A stretch of 64,000 nucleotides of DNA, taken from NCBI GenBank assembly GCA_963666975.2, contig CAXVYR010000002.1:224001-288000 (forward strand), written 5' to 3'. Numbering within the stretch: the first letter of the stretch is position 1; every line of letters starts with the position of its first letter. Made by a program: the position numbers and the translations under genes. Of the stretch, positions 30,655 through 41,426 are shown in pieces. The notes beneath the pieces were generated by a model. That model made no database searches. It was not told the origin of the DNA and worked only from the letters and a program-made list of their open reading frames with translations. Origin of the DNA: Terriglobia bacterium. GTDB taxonomy: Bacteria > Acidobacteriota > Terriglobia > 2-12-FULL-54-10.

Positions 30655-31047
30655 TTACCCCACTTTTTCCTTTTTTTCCTTCCGAGCCTTCCAGCTTTCA
30701 AAGAGCTTTTCCAGGCCCTTCTCCACAAGGTCGGGCATCTTCTCAAAGGTGTGGGCCACAGTCGCGCCGCGCCCCAGCATGTGCACGTTGAGTTCCCCGC
30801 CCCGAACGGCTAGGAGGGCCACTGGCCGGACGCGAATTCCTCCTCCGCCCCCTCCTCCCTCACCGGTGGCCGCTTTCTTTTCCGCTCCGCCTGATCCCCC
30901 TCCCGCGCCAACTCCCAGCGAGACACGGGAAATCGGGACGACGGTAAATTCCCCGGCGGTGAAAGGCGAGCCGACAATGGTCTCCGTATTGGCCAGAGTT
31001 TTGAGTTCTTCAATCAAATCCTTCAAAATTTCCTGTGCGGTACCCAT
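30655..31047 (-). CDS. YtfJ/GerW-family protein
   Basis: TETIVG.P, VVPISRVSLGVGAGGG, GGGGGGGIRVRPVA. Confidence 0.85.
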   Translation of the reverse strand: MGTAQEILKDLIEELKTLANTETIVGSPFTAGEFTVVPISRVSLGVGAGGGSGGAEKKAATGEGGGGGGGIRVRPVALLAVRGGELNVHMLGRGATVAHTFEKMPDLVEKGLEKLFESWKARKEKKEKVG

Positions 31048-31073
31048 GATCTCCTCCCTCCGAATGAACTACT

Positions 31074-31697
31074 TTATGATGCCAGGCATTGCTTGTAAAT
31101 CGCCTTGTAAGGAAGCCTAAATAGAAACCCCAGCAGCGCCTTCGCCAGCCGGTCCGGATGGAAACGAATCTCCATTTGCAGAGCATTCTCTCCGGTGAAA
31201 TTGACGAAGATGCCGGCTCCGGGACCCCAATCTCTTTGAGCCAGGACACCCGCCAGCATGCCGTTCAAGGCTGGATCGGGCAGCGAAAGACTGCCGCGCC
31301 ACCGCGCTAGCTCTACCGAGCGCAGGAGACCATCCAGAAGGCTCCGGAGTTGAGGAACCAGAGCGCGGCGAATCGCGGAGTCCCGGAAACAACCGCGCAG
31401 CAGCCGAACCACAAAGGGTGCATGCCGCCTCCGCCGCCCTCGAGGCCGGACCGCGGCTCTTTTGCGCTCTTTCCTTCGCCGTGGAGCGGCGAGCGGGATG
31501 GGCATTCCGGCAAGCAACAGTTGCCGGCTGCCTTTGGCCCAGGGCAGCGGGCGAAGATAGGTCAGCAGGACCAGCCAACGAATCCCCATCTGACCGCTTG
31601 CGGTATCCACCGTCACAACCACCGGGCTGCGAAGCAACAGGATGAACCCGCCTGCTGCGACGACCAGAGCTGCCAATGCGATCCACACGAGAAGCAT
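31074..31697 (-). CDS. YtfI/DUF2953-like membrane-anchored protein
   Basis: N-terminal TM, DPALNGML motif, immediately upstream of the ytfJ-like gene. Confidence 0.6.
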   Translation of the reverse strand: MLLVWIALAALVVAAGGFILLLRSPVVVTVDTASGQMGIRWLVLLTYLRPLPWAKGSRQLLLAGMPIPLAAPRRRKERKRAAVRPRGRRRRHAPFVVRLLRGCFRDSAIRRALVPQLRSLLDGLLRSVELARWRGSLSLPDPALNGMLAGVLAQRDWGPGAGIFVNFTGENALQMEIRFHPDRLAKALLGFLFRLPYKAIYKQCLAS

Positions 31698-31852
31698 CTA
31701 ACTCCTGGAAACATCTTACTCTTGTTGGAGGCGGAGGATGGGCCGGGAAAAATATTATCTCGCCGCAGAGAATCCCGGACCGCCTATCGCTTGACGGATT
31801 GCGCGTCTAATCGCACCTCATCATCATCATCGCATAACAAGCCGGCTGCCCG

Positions 31853-32530
31853 CTAGGAGTGACATGTCCCCAGCGCTGACAGGAACCGCCTGGCTCGGTC
31901 TTCGATGTCGGCGGCCTGCAGCAGGTCCCCGATGACCGCCACCGCATTGGCCCCCGCCTGCAGAACTGCAGGCGCATTTTCGAGCGTAATGCCGCCAATC
32001 GCCACCAGCGGCATTGCGGTGAGGGAGCGCACCCGCGCTACCATCTCCAGGCCCACCACCGGGTCCGGCTCCTTCTTGGTCGAGGTGGGAAAAACCGGAC
32101 CGATCGCAATGTAATCGACCGGCAGGGAGGCGGCCTCGCGCGCCTGTTCCAGGTTGTGCGTGGAAAACCCGACCACCGCATCCTGCCCCAGAAACAGCCG
32201 CGCCTTGTCCGGCGGCAGGTCGTCTTGTCCCAGGTGCACCCCGGCGGCTCCGCACAATTTTGCGACATCCGCCCGGTCATTCACGATCCATTCCCCTCCG
32301 AACGCGCCGACCCACCGGGCAAGCGCCGCGCACTGCTCCAAGTGCGCCTTGCGGAACCGTTCTTTGTGGCGATACTGGATTACTTTGACCCCGGCTCGCA
32401 AAAGGGGTTCCAGGATCGAGGCGGGGGAAAGTTCCGGACGAATGGAGGTGTCCAGGATAGCGTAGAGCGGAGCGCGAGCTAACAATTCACCGATTGGAAC
32501 GCTCATCCTCTGAGTCATCCCTTGTATCAT
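31853..32530 (-). CDS. thiE: Thiamine-phosphate synthase
   Basis: IVNDRAD, GVHLGQDD, GFSTH, GPVFPTSTK, VAIGGI; start uncertain. Confidence 0.93.
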   Translation of the reverse strand: MIQGMTQRMSVPIGELLARAPLYAILDTSIRPELSPASILEPLLRAGVKVIQYRHKERFRKAHLEQCAALARWVGAFGGEWIVNDRADVAKLCGAAGVHLGQDDLPPDKARLFLGQDAVVGFSTHNLEQAREAASLPVDYIAIGPVFPTSTKKEPDPVVGLEMVARVRSLTAMPLVAIGGITLENAPAVLQAGANAVAVIGDLLQAADIEDRARRFLSALGTCHS

Positions 32531-32603
32531 CCCTATGTATCAGCCCTTGCATGAGCCTCTGTTCCGGCTTGGTTTGTGCGGATGCGGGCTGGTCTGCGAA
32601 GCG

Positions 32604-33968
32604 TTACTTTGCCGCCATGGCAGGGCGGTTCTGACAATTCGACAGGAAGCCGACGTGATAGTTCCCCTGGAGGAAGCGCGGATCGGCGAGGATCTTTCGG
32701 TGCTTCGGGATGGAGGTTTGGACGCCCTCCACGATGAACATCTCCAGAGCGCAGCTCATGCGGCTGAGGGCCTCTGCTCTGTCCCTCCCGTGCACGACCA
32801 GTTTGGCAATCAGAGAATCGTAGTAGGGATGAATGACGCACTCGGAATAGGAGGCGGAATCGACGCGAACGCCTGTTCCTCCGGGCACGTGAAAGGAGGT
32901 GATCTGGCCGGCCGAGGGGATAAACGTGACGGGGTCCTCGGCGTTGATGCGGCACTCCATGCTGTGGCCGCGAAGCAGCACGGGCTGGTCGGTGGTAATT
33001 TCCTGAAGCGAAGCTCCGGCTGCCAGCAGAATCTGGCTCTTGACCAGATCAATGCCCGTGACCATCTCCGTTACCGGATGCTCCACCTGAATGCGGGTGT
33101 TCATCTCGATAAAGGAGAGGTCTCCCTTCTCATCCATCAAAAACTCCACCGTGCCGGCGTTCGTGTACCCAATCTGGCCGATGACCTTCTCGACAAGCGC
33201 CCCTATTTCCTGGCGCTTCCGGGGCGTGACCGGAACAGCCGGTGACTCTTCCACAATTTTCTGGTAGCGGCGCTGAATGCTGCACTCTCGTTCGCCCAGG
33301 TGAATGGCCTGCCCGCTGTGATCCGCCAGTACCTGAAACTCGATGTGCCGGGCTCCCGGAATCATCTTCTCCAGATACATTTCGTCGGAATTGAAAACCT
33401 GGAGCGCCTCGCTCCGGGCAGCGAGGAAGGCCGGAACCATCTCCTCCGGCGCATGCGCCACGCGCATCCCGCGGCCTCCGCCGCCGGCCGCCGCCTTAAT
33501 CAAAACCGGGTAGCCGATCGCGGAGCCCCACTCTTTAGCCTCTTCCGCGCTGTAGACCAACCCTTCGGAACCGGCCAGCACCGGCAGCCCCGCATCCTTC
33601 ATCGCTTGCCGGGCTCTGCTCTTATCTCCCATCAGTTGAATCAGTTCCGAACGGGGGCCGATGAACGTAATATCGGAAGTCTCACACACCTCGGCGAAGT
33701 TGGCGTCCTCGGACAAAAACCCATAGCCCGGATGGATGGCGTCCGCGTCGGTGATGGCCGCGGCGCTGATCACGGCGGGAATGTTCATGTAACTGGCCCC
33801 AGGCCGCGCCGGTCCGATGCAGATTGCCTCGTCGGCAAAGCGCACATGCAGCGAGTACAGGTCCGCTTCCGAATAAACGGCCACGGTCCGTATCCCCAGC
33901 TCTTTGCAAGCGGTGATCACCCGCAGCGCGATCTCTCCTCGGTTGGCAATCAGTATCTTTTTGAACAT
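32604..33968 (-). CDS. accC: Acetyl-CoA carboxylase, biotin carboxylase subunit
   Basis: ILIANRGEIA, HPGYGFLSE, ERECSIQRR, EMNTRIQVEH. Confidence 0.96.
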   Translation of the reverse strand: MFKKILIANRGEIALRVITACKELGIRTVAVYSEADLYSLHVRFADEAICIGPARPGASYMNIPAVISAAAITDADAIHPGYGFLSEDANFAEVCETSDITFIGPRSELIQLMGDKSRARQAMKDAGLPVLAGSEGLVYSAEEAKEWGSAIGYPVLIKAAAGGGGRGMRVAHAPEEMVPAFLAARSEALQVFNSDEMYLEKMIPGARHIEFQVLADHSGQAIHLGERECSIQRRYQKIVEESPAVPVTPRKRQEIGALVEKVIGQIGYTNAGTVEFLMDEKGDLSFIEMNTRIQVEHPVTEMVTGIDLVKSQILLAAGASLQEITTDQPVLLRGHSMECRINAEDPVTFIPSAGQITSFHVPGGTGVRVDSASYSECVIHPYYDSLIAKLVVHGRDRAEALSRMSCALEMFIVEGVQTSIPKHRKILADPRFLQGNYHVGFLSNCQNRPAMAAK

Positions 33969-34004
33969 AAAGGCAGACGGGAAGCGCCGGAGAGCAAAGC
34001 GGCG

Positions 34005-34523
34005 TCAGTCTCCTCCTTGGGAGGAAACCGAGGGGCGCAGATCGAAAAGCGGCTCACCATACTCTACCGGCTGCCCGTTCTCGACGTAGCATTTCACGAC
34101 CTTGCCCGTGATTTCCGCCTCGATTTCATTCATCAACTTCATGGCCTCTATAATGCAAAGCACCTGCCCGGGCTGTACATCATCTCCCACCTCCACGAAT
34201 GCAGGGGCATCCTGGCCCGGCGAGGAGTAAAAGGTTCCGACCATCGGAGACCGCACAACGTGCAGCGCTTCCGGACGGCCCGAAATGCCGGTTCCAGCCT
34301 CGGCTGTATACACGCCTGCTTGCTCGGAGCCGGACGGCTGAACACCTGCCACCCTCACTCCGGCGTGCCGCGCTAATTCCGCTTGCTCAGCCAAAGCCTC
34401 TGCCGGAGAAGACCCGGTATTTCTGCTGATCCTCAGCCGGACTCCGGAGCGCTCCAGCTCGAACTCGGAAATCCCCTTTTCCGTTATCAGGTCAACGAGT
34501 TCTCTGATCTCTTTTAGATTCAT
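34005..34523 (-). CDS. accB: Biotin carboxyl carrier protein
   Basis: [17 protein letters not shown]. Confidence 0.96.
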   Translation of the reverse strand: MNLKEIRELVDLITEKGISEFELERSGVRLRISRNTGSSPAEALAEQAELARHAGVRVAGVQPSGSEQAGVYTAEAGTGISGRPEALHVVRSPMVGTFYSSPGQDAPAFVEVGDDVQPGQVLCIIEAMKLMNEIEAEITGKVVKCYVENGQPVEYGEPLFDLRPSVSSQGGD

Positions 34524-34580
34524 CTACGGAGTGGGGTTCCGATCCTTTCCGGTGCTGCTCTCGCCCCGGCCTTTCAGCCG

Positions 34581-35672
34581 CTAAAGCACCGTCAGTTCTT
34601 TGGGTGTTGTCGTCAGCACTTCCGGGCCTCGTTTCCGAACCACCACCACATCCTCGATTCGGACGCCGCCATAGCCGGGAATATAAACACCCGGCTCAAC
34701 CGTCACCACGGCATTTTCCGGCAGCAGGGCCTCCTGACTTCTGGCCAAGCTAGGCAGTTCGTGAATCTCTCTGCCTACCCCGTGACCGGTGCTGTGAGTA
34801 AAATACCGGCCATACCCGTGACGATCCAGCACCCTGCGGGCGGCTTTGTCCACGGCAGAACACGGGACCCCAACCTGAACGGCTTGCTCGGCCTCCTTCT
34901 GCGCTTCGAGCACGGCCTCATAAATCCGTGCAGCTTTCCGGGGAGCCTGACCCAGGAAAACCGTCCGCGTCATGTCGCCCGCGTAGCCGCCAAGTATAGC
35001 ACCCAAATCCAGCATAACGCATTCATTTCGCCGAAGCTTGCGGGTCCCCGGAGACGAATGCGGCAGGGCCGTGCGGGGCCCCGCGGCTACGATCGTTTCA
35101 AATGCAGGCCGCTCCGCGCCGTTGCGCCGCATCCGGTACTCAATTTCGGCAGCCACCTCAATCTCCGTTATCCCCGGACGCAGGTGGGCAATCGTCTCGG
35201 AGAACGCCTTGGAACCCAGGTGGACGGCCTTTCGGATTTGCTCAATCTCGGCCTCATCTTTTTGAATGCGGCACGATTCCACCATTCCAGAGGTTGGGAC
35301 AAGCCTTTTATCTACAATTAATTGACGGATTCTCTGGTAGGAGCCGAAAGAAACTGAATCGCTCTCAAAACCCAAGCGGGCCTGTTTGGTTCTGGAGGCC
35401 CATTTCAAGGCAGTCAGAAAGTTTCCTCCCTTGGTAATCACCACTCGGGAGCCTTGGACTTCCTGGTGGGCACGCAAGTCGTACCGGGCGTCAGTGAAAA
35501 AGACGGAGCTGCGGAGGGTTACCAGAAGCACTCCTGCAGTTCCCGAAAAGCCGGTCAGATAGTGGACATTCGGCAGGGAACCCACCAGCAGCGCTTCGAT
35601 TTTCTCCTGCGCCATGCGCTCCCGGAGCTTTCTCAAACGCCGGAGAGGAGGGGAGAGTGGCTCCTTTTTCAT
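34581..35672 (-). CDS. Xaa-Pro aminopeptidase (M24 family)
   Basis: YLTGFSG, HSTGHGVG..IHE, TVEPGVY, GVRIED. Confidence 0.93.
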   Translation of the reverse strand: MKKEPLSPPLRRLRKLRERMAQEKIEALLVGSLPNVHYLTGFSGTAGVLLVTLRSSVFFTDARYDLRAHQEVQGSRVVITKGGNFLTALKWASRTKQARLGFESDSVSFGSYQRIRQLIVDKRLVPTSGMVESCRIQKDEAEIEQIRKAVHLGSKAFSETIAHLRPGITEIEVAAEIEYRMRRNGAERPAFETIVAAGPRTALPHSSPGTRKLRRNECVMLDLGAILGGYAGDMTRTVFLGQAPRKAARIYEAVLEAQKEAEQAVQVGVPCSAVDKAARRVLDRHGYGRYFTHSTGHGVGREIHELPSLARSQEALLPENAVVTVEPGVYIPGYGGVRIEDVVVVRKRGPEVLTTTPKELTVL

Positions 35673-35779
35673 AGTTCATGCCGGGGCTGTTTGTTGTCTC
35701 GCGCTGCCTGTGCATCCGGTGAAAAGTACAAAGACTCCCCGCATGGGGAATCTTTGCAGTGGATTGGCGGTGCAGTGAC

Positions 35780-38587
35780 CTACAACTGTACAATCTTGGG
35801 AGTGATAAAGAACAACAACTCGTTGGTGGTTGAGTCGGTGGATTTCCGCTTGAACAGGTTCCCGATGAGGGGGATGCTGCCGAGCAACGGAACCTGCACT
35901 TCCGTCAAGTTGTTGATGTTCTGGATAACGCCGCCGAAGAAAACCGTTCCCCCGTTGCTGACCAGCACCTGCGTGGTGGCCGACTGGGTATCGAGCGCCG
36001 GAATGCCCTGGATTCGGGCAATGCCGGGGTCGATGGTGGTGTTTTCGATATCTATATCCAGGAAGACGGTGCCCTCAGCGGTGATCTGTGGCAAGACCGT
36101 CAGCCGCAGCACCACATCCACAAACTGCACGCTGACGGTGTTGTTCACAGTCGTCTGGATGGGAATGCGCACCCCTTGCTTCACGGTGGCTTCGACGTTG
36201 TTCTGGGTAATCAGCTTGGGCCGGGAAAGCAGCTTGCCGATCCCTTTGGCCTCGGCCGCCGTGATGATGGCATCGATCGCGAAGTTGGGGTTCAGGCCCG
36301 GGCCGGTGAGCAAGAAGGTCAGACCGCTGGTGGCGCCAACGGCTCCCAAGTTCGTTGCCAAGGGTTGCGCCACGTTGGCAAACGTTGGCGGCTCCCCAGG
36401 TGCCGGAGGTTCGGGAGGACTCCCGATAAACAGGGGCGGCACCGTACCCCGATTGATGGGACTGGTGCCGACCAATCCGGTGCCTCCCAGGGTTACATTC
36501 CCGGAGAATCCGGAGGCGGCCAACTGCACTCCAATATCCCTGGCAAAGGAGCGGCTGGCAGCCACTACCCTGGCTTCAATCTCCACCTGCTGGGTTTTCC
36601 GGTCCAGGGTTTGGATGAGAGGGTCCATCTGGTTTACGACAGCCTGAATATCAGTAATGATCAGGGTGTTTGTGCGGAGGTCGGCGATCACATCGCCGCG
36701 CGGCGAGAGAAACCGCTTTAGAGTCGCGATCATGTCGTTGGCACGAGCGTAGCTGAGAGTACGCGTCACAGTAACCTTCGGCTCAGCCTCTTCGATTGCC
36801 CGGGCCAAGTCTCTCTGCTGTTCCTCCTCCCGCTGGAGAGTGGCGAGGGTGGCGATCCGCACGACGTTGCCTTCCACCCTACTGTCGAGCGAATTGTTCT
36901 TCATGACAATGTCCATAGCTTGGTCCCAGGGAACCTCGTCGAGGACTATCGTCACAACGCCGCTCACGGCGGGGTCCAGCACGACATTAAAGCCGCTGAT
37001 TTCATGCATAAACCGGAAAAAGTCTTTTAGGTCCACGTCTTTCAAATTCATTGAAATGGGCTCGCCATCATAGCCTGAGGGAGCGGCGGCCTGCCCGGCC
37101 TGCTGCATGGCTGCAAGTGGCGCTAGCGCAGCCATCGCATAGGAGTTGGTTTGTTGCGCCAGCAAAACTTCCGGCTCAGGCTCGGCGGCAACTTCATTGA
37201 AAGCCGGGATGGTTTCCGGGAGGACTTGCCCGGCAGTATCTGCCTTGTCAGAAGCAATTTCTTCTTCTTCGGAAGCTGTCGCGAACTGCCCGGTTTCAGG
37301 AACATCAATAACTTCCGGCAACTTCGTTACCAAGTCAGGGGTTGCCGTGTCAGAAACCGTTTCCACTGCGGCTATCTCGTCCGCAGCCATCTTCTCCGCC
37401 TCAAGGGGCTCTGCCATAATCTCCGGCAAGGGCGGGACAGGCACTTCCGATGAGTTGGAAGCAATCTGAATCGTTTCCTCCGACACAGACTGAGCCAAGG
37501 GGGGCAGCGAAGAGGCTTCTTCAGCGTTGTCTGATGCCAGCGATTCGGTTTCCGGAAATTCCAGAGCTTCTTTGCTCTCTATTGGGCTCTCTATTGGGCT
37601 CCCTGCTGTACCCCATGGTTCCGGGTTCAGTTGTTCCGGAGCGTCGTATGCGTCGTATGCTACTGCAGCCAGCTCGGCCGGTTCCCCTGTGGCCGTCCCA
37701 TTGGATGCATTGCCGTTCTCTTCCACGTGATCTCCGAACAACACCAGCAAAGAATTGGACTGCGACTGGACGCGGAAAGAAGTGTGTCTATCCAGATCAA
37801 AAACCACTCTGGAAACTAACGGATTACGGCTAAACTGTGCGGTCCGAACAGCCTTCAGGGGAGGCCTGTTTACGGGCAGGCTCCTCTGTTGCATTCGGTT
37901 TATTGTATTGGGAATGTCCAGCACCAATCGGGCCGGATTGTCCAGTTTGAGGGTCCGATATTCCAAAGCGCCGTCGGAAATGATCTCCACCGCCAGCGAG
38001 TCTCCCTCGGGCCGAATCACGGAAACCTCCCGGATTACCGTCCCTGGATGAGACGGTGGATGAGAGGCCTCGGCCGGAACGCCGGCAGAAATCGGAACCT
38101 CGGCGGAGACCGAAACGTCGGCAAAATCCTCCTGAAACCGGATTTCGAGCCCTCCGGGAACCTCATCATAGCGGATTTCCGATTCCTGTTTCAGGAGAAT
38201 CTCCATGCGCAGATGGGACTTGCCATCGGCCGCTTCATAGTTGAGCAGGCGGTAACTGCTGACCAATGGAGACCTCATCAACTGGCTTTCCGAGGGGCGG
38301 TCCGTGGATACACCGGCCAAGTCCAGCACGAACAGATGGGAGCCGATCCGGGACGGGGTATACTCCGCCGACGGAGGCAGTTGGAGCAGGAAGGTGGTGC
38401 CTTGCCGGTCTACGGTCGTGCGCAAGCCCAGCAGCTCGGTTGTGGCCGCCAAGGCCAGGGTAGCTGTCAGGAGCCAGCCCAGAATACAAAACATTCCTTC
38501 GCGTCTCCACCTCATGGATTTCATCCCTCCGTTAAAAACTTTACCCATCTTCGGTTCCCTTCTTCGCTTCCCTGCCCTAAATTTCAA
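35780..38587 (-). CDS. pilQ: Type IV pilus secretin with AMIN domains
   Basis: LDNPARLVLD AMIN, ISMNLKDVD, VPWDQA, QVEIEARVV, VPLLGSIP.IG.LF; start uncertain. Confidence 0.92.
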   Translation of the reverse strand: MKFRAGKRRREPKMGKVFNGGMKSMRWRREGMFCILGWLLTATLALAATTELLGLRTTVDRQGTTFLLQLPPSAEYTPSRIGSHLFVLDLAGVSTDRPSESQLMRSPLVSSYRLLNYEAADGKSHLRMEILLKQESEIRYDEVPGGLEIRFQEDFADVSVSAEVPISAGVPAEASHPPSHPGTVIREVSVIRPEGDSLAVEIISDGALEYRTLKLDNPARLVLDIPNTINRMQQRSLPVNRPPLKAVRTAQFSRNPLVSRVVFDLDRHTSFRVQSQSNSLLVLFGDHVEENGNASNGTATGEPAELAAVAYDAYDAPEQLNPEPWGTAGSPIESPIESKEALEFPETESLASDNAEEASSLPPLAQSVSEETIQIASNSSEVPVPPLPEIMAEPLEAEKMAADEIAAVETVSDTATPDLVTKLPEVIDVPETGQFATASEEEEIASDKADTAGQVLPETIPAFNEVAAEPEPEVLLAQQTNSYAMAALAPLAAMQQAGQAAAPSGYDGEPISMNLKDVDLKDFFRFMHEISGFNVVLDPAVSGVVTIVLDEVPWDQAMDIVMKNNSLDSRVEGNVVRIATLATLQREEEQQRDLARAIEEAEPKVTVTRTLSYARANDMIATLKRFLSPRGDVIADLRTNTLIITDIQAVVNQMDPLIQTLDRKTQQVEIEARVVAASRSFARDIGVQLAASGFSGNVTLGGTGLVGTSPINRGTVPPLFIGSPPEPPAPGEPPTFANVAQPLATNLGAVGATSGLTFLLTGPGLNPNFAIDAIITAAEAKGIGKLLSRPKLITQNNVEATVKQGVRIPIQTTVNNTVSVQFVDVVLRLTVLPQITAEGTVFLDIDIENTTIDPGIARIQGIPALDTQSATTQVLVSNGGTVFFGGVIQNINNLTEVQVPLLGSIPLIGNLFKRKSTDSTTNELLFFITPKIVQL

Positions 38588-39072
38588 TCTTCCGGCAGCC
38601 GCTTGACGACTTCCCTGGTGACCTTTTGACCGCGCGCATCGGTCGTCTCTTCCATAAACACAACGCGGTCCGGGCTGATCCTGGATACCTTGCCGTTACA
38701 CAGCTCATCCTCTGCGCGCAAGAAATAAGCGATGTTCGTGTTATTGTCCACCACCGCGATCCATGTGCCGTCAACACTGCTGGCGATCCCCTGCAACTGC
38801 AACTGCCCGATCAGCAACTTAGTTTTGCCCGCTCTTTTGGCGCATGCCAAACTGGGATCGACTTCTGTATCCCCGTCTACAATCAGGGTACGGAACGGAT
38901 CCCGTCTTTGGCTCACCCCGGAAGACTGGCTGGCGGCAGTGGCGTTCTCCTGCTGTGTTTCAGCGGAAGAACTTGCTTCTTCCTCAGAACTCTGAGCCGC
39001 TTCCTGGGATACGGCCGGAGGCACAACAAGAATGGCTGCCAGAACCGCTCCGAACAATACGCCGGTCTTCAT
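38584..39072 (-). CDS. PilP-like pilus assembly protein
   Basis: RRDPFR motif, LQLQGI; lies between pilO and pilQ. Confidence 0.75.
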   Translation of the reverse strand: MKTGVLFGAVLAAILVVPPAVSQEAAQSSEEEASSSAETQQENATAASQSSGVSQRRDPFRTLIVDGDTEVDPSLACAKRAGKTKLLIGQLQLQGIASSVDGTWIAVVDNNTNIAYFLRAEDELCNGKVSRISPDRVVFMEETTDARGQKVTREVVKRLPED

Positions 39073-39103
39073 ATTTCCTCTTTCCTCACCCTGATTGCGC
39101 TGG

Positions 39104-39757
39104 CTACTGCGCCGGCTGCCCGGCTTCGGGCGAAGGAGCCGTTTCTCCTTCCGTGCTAAAGAAAGTAGTGGTCGTGCAAACAGCCACCACGGTCTCATTC
39201 GGACTGTACGCGTACTGCCTGTTCCCCACCGACCTTCCCGCCTCAATGCTGCCCAGCTTCAAATCCGACACGTTGATGATGCGGGTCAACCCTTCCAGCT
39301 TTTGATAAAACTCCAGAACTCTATAGTACGGGCCGTCCAGCTCCATCTCGAAAGGAACCTCGACGTGAAATTCATCCGGAATCGGCTGCTGCCGCGTGAA
39401 CCGGCGAACCACGACTCCCGAAACGTTGGCTTGCGCTTGAATCTGCCGCATGAAATTATCGATTTCTTTTTCGTCCGGCACGATGGTGAGCAGAGTCTGG
39501 AGTTGTTGCTGCAGTTGCTGGTTCTGCGCCTCCAGGGCTTCCAACTGGCCTTCCAAAGGCCGCAGGGGAGCGATCCGTGCCTCCAATTCAGCGCTCTGCT
39601 GTCTTTTAGCTGTATTGCTGTCGCGCACCCGGCTCAGCGACGGGACGGGTTCTGACATCGGATTGTACTCGAATGCAAGCCACAAAAGCACACCCACCCC
39701 CAGAATCAAGCCGACCTGGGCCCGGGTGGACATTTCGCTGAATTTCGGCAGTGCCAT
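39104..39757 (-). CDS. pilO: Type IV pilus assembly protein PilO
   Basis: VPDEKEI, GPYY....F...EGLTRIINV; synteny. Confidence 0.88.
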   Translation of the reverse strand: MALPKFSEMSTRAQVGLILGVGVLLWLAFEYNPMSEPVPSLSRVRDSNTAKRQQSAELEARIAPLRPLEGQLEALEAQNQQLQQQLQTLLTIVPDEKEIDNFMRQIQAQANVSGVVVRRFTRQQPIPDEFHVEVPFEMELDGPYYRVLEFYQKLEGLTRIINVSDLKLGSIEAGRSVGNRQYAYSPNETVVAVCTTTTFFSTEGETAPSPEAGQPAQ

Positions 39758-39769
39758 CGGTTTCCTCTT

Positions 39770-40351
39770 TTAGGTAGCGGGAGCCTCAGCCGCCAGTTCC
39801 GCAGTGAACCGGAAAATCACGTTCTTCACCTCTTTGGCAGCGCTATCCTCGTACGCCTCTTCCATTTCCACATTCGAAAATGCCTGACTGTTCTTCAACT
39901 CAGTCAAGAAATTCGCCACGGCCGGCATATTCAAGGCAATCCCCTGGATGGAGATGTTTTGTCCGGTCTGGTCAAAGCCGGTCAGCCACAGCGACTCCGT
40001 GTTGGAAACGGTTGTCGCAAGCATGGTCAGCAACGTCGCCGGGCCGGACCGCCGCTCCTCGAGCCCGTTGATAATCGCGATGCGCCTTTCCAGGTGGTCC
40101 CTGCGCGCGATGTTCGTATCATATCTGGCGCGAATAGCCGCCAAACGTTGCTCTTCCTCCGTCAACTCCTGTATCTGTTCATCCAAGACTACCCCTTCGG
40201 CTAGCAGGCCGGAGTAGCGCCAGTACTGCACCCCCAGCACCAGCAGCAGCACAACGGCGAAAAGGATCATGATGGGCGTTCCCTCCAGCGTTATGACCGG
40301 AGCGCCTCTTTTGACTTTCCTCGGTAATCCCAGCAGGTTGACACGAATCAT
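39770..40351 (-). CDS. pilN: Type IV pilus assembly protein PilN
   Basis: MIRVNLL, TM, coiled coil, LWLT; synteny. Confidence 0.88.
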   Translation of the reverse strand: MIRVNLLGLPRKVKRGAPVITLEGTPIMILFAVVLLLVLGVQYWRYSGLLAEGVVLDEQIQELTEEEQRLAAIRARYDTNIARRDHLERRIAIINGLEERRSGPATLLTMLATTVSNTESLWLTGFDQTGQNISIQGIALNMPAVANFLTELKNSQAFSNVEMEEAYEDSAAKEVKNVIFRFTAELAAEAPAT

Positions 40352-41406
40352 ATGTTTTCAAAACTCCTCAATGCCAATCCGACCGCCACCGCCAAGCGGG
40401 GTGCGTTTTCCGACACGATCGCTCCCGCCGCGCTGGTTTCATCGTAGCCGATTTGCCGGAACGGGTTGAGCTCTTCCACCGGTAGGGAAAACTCCTGCTT
40501 CAGCAAATCGACCAAGCCGTACACCTTGGCCGAGCCGCCGGCAATATAGAGCTTCTGGAGGTGCTCGCCGCCGGCTGTCGCGCGGAAGAAGTCGAAGGTT
40601 TTTTGCATCTCCAAGGCAATAATCTCGGAGACTGACTGCAACACCGGGATGCGGGCCTCCTCGCTGATTCCGGCCACCGAGCCTCCCATCTTCACCTGCT
40701 CGGCTTCCTCGAATCCAAGGTCCAGCTCCTTTTGCAAAGAATCGGTGTATTGATTGCCGCCCACCGACACATCGCGGGTGAACAGAGGGGTTCGCCCTCG
40801 CACGATATTGATGTTCATGACGCTGCCGCCCAGGTTCAGCAGGGCGATGGTGGCGTCGGCCGCGGGATCGTAGTTGTATTCGTAGACGTTCTGCAAAGCA
40901 AACGCGTCGATGTCCACCACGGCGGGCGTTTTTCCGGCCATCGTCAAGACATTGGTGTAGTTGAGAATCTTGTCCTTCTTCACCGCCACCAGCAGCACTT
41001 CCATCACGGAACTCTCCGGGTCGGACTCCAGAATCTGGTAGTCCAGGTTCACTTCCGCGATGTCAAAAGGAATGTGCTGCGCCGCCTCCATCTGGATGGC
41101 CTCATTCAGTTCTTCGTCGGTCATCGGCTCCAGCGACAGCTTTTTCACAATGACGGAATGACCCGACACCGAGGTGGCCACATCCCGGGTCTTAATCTTG
41201 TTATCCGCAAAGATCTTGGCGATGGTGTTGGAGACCGCGTTGGTATCTACGATAGCCCCGTCCACCACAATCTCCGGGTCCAGACTCTCCATGCTGAGCT
41301 TGCTGACCTCCAGCCCTTTGCCGACCCGTTTCAGCTCGACGGCCTTGATCGAACTGGAACCAATGTCCACTCCGACTAATTGTTTGCCTCTGCCAAAACC
41401 TAGCAT
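40348..41406 (-). CDS. pilM: Type IV pilus assembly protein PilM
   Basis: VGVDIGSSSIK, IPFDIAEV.LDY, VAVGLALR. Confidence 0.94.
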   Translation of the reverse strand: MLGFGRGKQLVGVDIGSSSIKAVELKRVGKGLEVSKLSMESLDPEIVVDGAIVDTNAVSNTIAKIFADNKIKTRDVATSVSGHSVIVKKLSLEPMTDEELNEAIQMEAAQHIPFDIAEVNLDYQILESDPESSVMEVLLVAVKKDKILNYTNVLTMAGKTPAVVDIDAFALQNVYEYNYDPAADATIALLNLGGSVMNINIVRGRTPLFTRDVSVGGNQYTDSLQKELDLGFEEAEQVKMGGSVAGISEEARIPVLQSVSEIIALEMQKTFDFFRATAGGEHLQKLYIAGGSAKVYGLVDLLKQEFSLPVEELNPFRQIGYDETSAAGAIVSENAPRLAVAVGLALRSFENI

Positions 41407-41426
41407 CCACGTCCCCCCTAAAAAAC

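Noticed and set aside
37080-37720. Possible insertion or intein in PilQ
   Set aside because: Acidic Ala/Glu/Pro-rich low-complexity linker with small tandem duplications; no intein motifs
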